27,659 nucleotides of DNA, from contig JAYUVP010000159.1 in assembly GCA_043753995.1 (NCBI GenBank), positions 1 through 27,659 on the forward strand. Direction: 5' to 3'. How positions within the stretch are numbered: the first letter of the stretch is position 1; each line of letters opens with the position of its first letter. The notes beneath the pieces were generated by a model. It was not told where the DNA came from, did no database searches, and was given only the letters and a program-made list of their open reading frames with translations. The DNA is from Fibrobacterota bacterium (GTDB taxonomy: Bacteria; Fibrobacterota; Fibrobacteria; UBA11236). The position numbers and the translations under genes are program-made. Positions 26,601 to 27,659 of the stretch are shown here, one piece after another.

Positions 26601-27218
26601 GGAACAGGCAATGACGTTGCATTTTCTATTCAACAAACAAGCGATGACGGTTTCATCCTGGTCGGACGCACCCAAGTCACGAGTGGTGCCAACAACTTAT
26701 TCTTGCTTAAACTGAAAGCGAACGGGGATACCTTGTGGAGTCGGAGTTTGGGAGGGACCGGGGGCGCCATTGGCGTTTCAGTCGCTTTAACAGCTGACAA
26801 GGGATTCATCCTTACCGGTCAAAATGAGGCCGTTGGCGGTGGAGATGTTTATCTCATCAAAACAGATTCACTAGGACTTGTGACCTGGTCGCGGACCTAT
26901 GGTGGCAGCGGGGCGGATTGGGGTCGGGCGGTTCAGCAAACCGTCGACGGTGGTTATATCGTTGCCGGGCTGACTGCAAACAGCTTTTTCGGTCCAAATA
27001 ATGGTGGGCAAGATGCTTTATTGCTTCGGTTTAATTCCATAGGTGATCCCCTATGGCAAAAGGTTTATGGGGGAGGCGGCGACGACAATGCCACCTCAGT
27101 CCGGCAAACCGTGGACGGGGGATTTGTGATGGTTGGCACCATCAATAGCGCGCAGATGCCAGCCATTAACAAAAACATTCTCCTCATACGCACTGATGAT
27201 TTGGGCAATAGCAATTAG
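23670..27218 (+). CDS. Large surface lipoprotein: PKD/Ig-like domains, five cadherin-like beta-sandwich repeats, C-terminal 7-repeat beta-propeller
   Basis: Cys after a hydrophobic leader (FWFC); YAWDF.G PKD-like motif; repeats starting SAYLKAL, DATLKDL, DATLKGL, EARLSNI and DASLTAL; seven W...[FY]GG / DGG[FY]I..G units. Confidence 0.88.
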   Translation: MRNSMPRFPVWLRWFALPFLFLFWFCQNPETDADHIWLTPEADSSYQDFSRLRIDFIFEGETDTLLLFNDSLKTFEDLHRLTIPNRGSGKGRLLFRGFESGGSRLVYSEIRVIDLANGNLISVTTQLDLRTTVVTSIPGAPTIRFPFSDTLISIGDTLTLSAILLDSGGQLRSYAWDFTGNQGFTTAFSLDQASDTVYGTYTFRDTGTHAISLKVINENRRETLKSLTVRVGLDVPTAMAIADSVISVGDTIRLHGVGKDSLGRVKEMAWKIGDGAYQISAKGDTAFTAPLLPGSLTAVFRVMDDDGLFAYDSVIISLRPSSSAYLKALSIREASLSQGFDWELRAYTATVLYEVAEIHLDFRLAQADAQINIAGRNLASGDTSYKVELKVGPTTIPILVTAQDKKTQRNYELFVTRLPNADATLKDLAPSLGNLSPKFSQTTFKYTLELENNQGEVTLTPSATDDVHAQIRVKNVITASGHASQPIALSVGTDTIPVEVRAQNDSARLNYLVIVTRKASSDATLKGLKPSHGPLSPSLASSIRQYTDTVPGGISKVTLIPIANSEFAKIWVQGKEVVSGQPSDSLSLLVGDNAIRILVKAQNGDSLAYLVTFHRPDSEARLSNIQVDAGTLTPAFDPDRFQYTDTVASTVTAISVKATALSPVRSVRIQDTAVSGLSGSRNINLSVGDNVISVVGIGEDGTRRQYQLMVHRKSGDASLTALSCNPTLPRVILQSSIFTYGDTVDYGVDTLRVLAQASHAKATLLMNGAPLTSGQYSSRLTLLKGMNSFVVKVVAEDTAITKTYTLNIARRRGYIKIIGGPAEESGIWLSPTSDGGFVIAGSAIKTTGQPLDALLLKVNAAGDTLWSKSFGGAGKDGGNGVVESFDHGFLLAGTMVPPARTDLNLYWVKTDSSGTMAWEKNTGGISNEGDYGAGVQMTRDGGYILCSQTASYGAGGTDIYVVKVNSSGDTTWTRPFGGTGNDVAFSIQQTSDDGFILVGRTQVTSGANNLFLLKLKANGDTLWSRSLGGTGGAIGVSVALTADKGFILTGQNEAVGGGDVYLIKTDSLGLVTWSRTYGGSGADWGRAVQQTVDGGYIVAGLTANSFFGPNNGGQDALLLRFNSIGDPLWQKVYGGGGDDNATSVRQTVDGGFVMVGTINSAQMPAINKNILLIRTDDLGNSN

Positions 27219-27401
27219 GGAAGCGACACCTTCATCAGGACTCCAGGCGAGGTGACTTGCCTTCTGTTCAAGGTTTTTGAGCTCAGGGTATTGTACTCGA
27301 CCTGTTTCCAAGGGGGAAAATGATTGATTTAATTCATTTCGAATTCAAATCGGGAAAGCAAGTCTCGGTCCCACCCTAGTCTTCTTTACCTGCCAATTTG
27401 T

Positions 27402-27659
27402 ATGATCTTTGTGCCGACTTGTTTTGAATATTGTATGCGCCTCGGTGAGAAAGTGAATTCGGTGAATAGACCAACCCCCGCAATAGGGAAAAGGCTTCGG
27501 CTCTGGGGGTTATTCACCTTATTCTTGGCCCTTTCGAGCTGCCTCCTTCCCTCGGATCGGGAATCCCAGCCGCCCCAAGTCGACTCCAATCCCGGCATGC
27601 GCCTTATCGCCTCCGACGGCCGAGAATTGCAGTTGGGATCCTTGGATTCCATGGCCTCC
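27402..27659 (+). CDS. 5' part of a lipoprotein, probably FGE-sulfatase/TIGR02171-like; runs off the window
   Basis: Stop-free frame absent from the ORF track: ..KRLRLWGLFTLFLALSSC LLPSDRE..GMRLIASDGRELQLGSLD. Lipobox LSSC; GM..I...G....LGS resembles FGE-sulfatase domain starts. True start may be GTG at 27453 or 27462. Confidence 0.6.
   Translation, partial: MIFVPTCFEYCMRLGEKVNSVNRPTPAIGKRLRLWGLFTLFLALSSCLLPSDRESQPPQVDSNPGMRLIASDGRELQLGSLDSMAS

Noticed and set aside
27324..27337. FNR-like TTGATTTAATTCAT
   Set aside because: Two mismatches in the right half-site within AT-rich DNA.
27359..27381. CAAGTCTCGG and GTCCCACC(C)TAGTC matches to sequence near copies C (12914) and B (4574)
   Set aside because: Matches are only 10-13 nt and cannot be distinguished from chance without a genome-wide count.
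27386..27652. 88-aa minus-strand ORF
   Set aside because: Antisense to an open plus-strand frame with a clear lipoprotein signal.

Overview
Bacterial chromosomal window, most likely Fibrobacterota or another FCB-group lineage. This is inferred from basic C-terminal tails on secreted proteins, TAnnTTTG-type promoter motifs and a probable TIGR02171-like lipoprotein. The left core holds a partial tRNA, miaA, a degenerate YibQ-like divergent polysaccharide deacetylase and pdxJ. An accessory block (~3.3-14 kb) follows: a di-heme peroxidase with a perfect FNR box, a Cys-rich lipoprotein, an MHS-type MFS transporter and five secreted enzymes (two ThuA-like, a beta-propeller dehydrogenase-like, an SMP-30/gluconolactonase and a DUF1080 protein). 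This block is punctuated by three copies of a ~75-bp structured repeat with compensatory base changes. It also contains a collapsed pseudogene spacer (Crp/Fnr remnant plus an internally deleted second MFS copy). The right part has a DUF3857/transglutaminase pair, an atypical Ser/Thr kinase-HAD-outer membrane barrel operon, mnmA, a small anchored protein coupled to a 1182-aa cadherin-like/propeller lipoprotein, and a truncated lipoprotein gene. All family calls come from motif recognition by eye, not from database searches.
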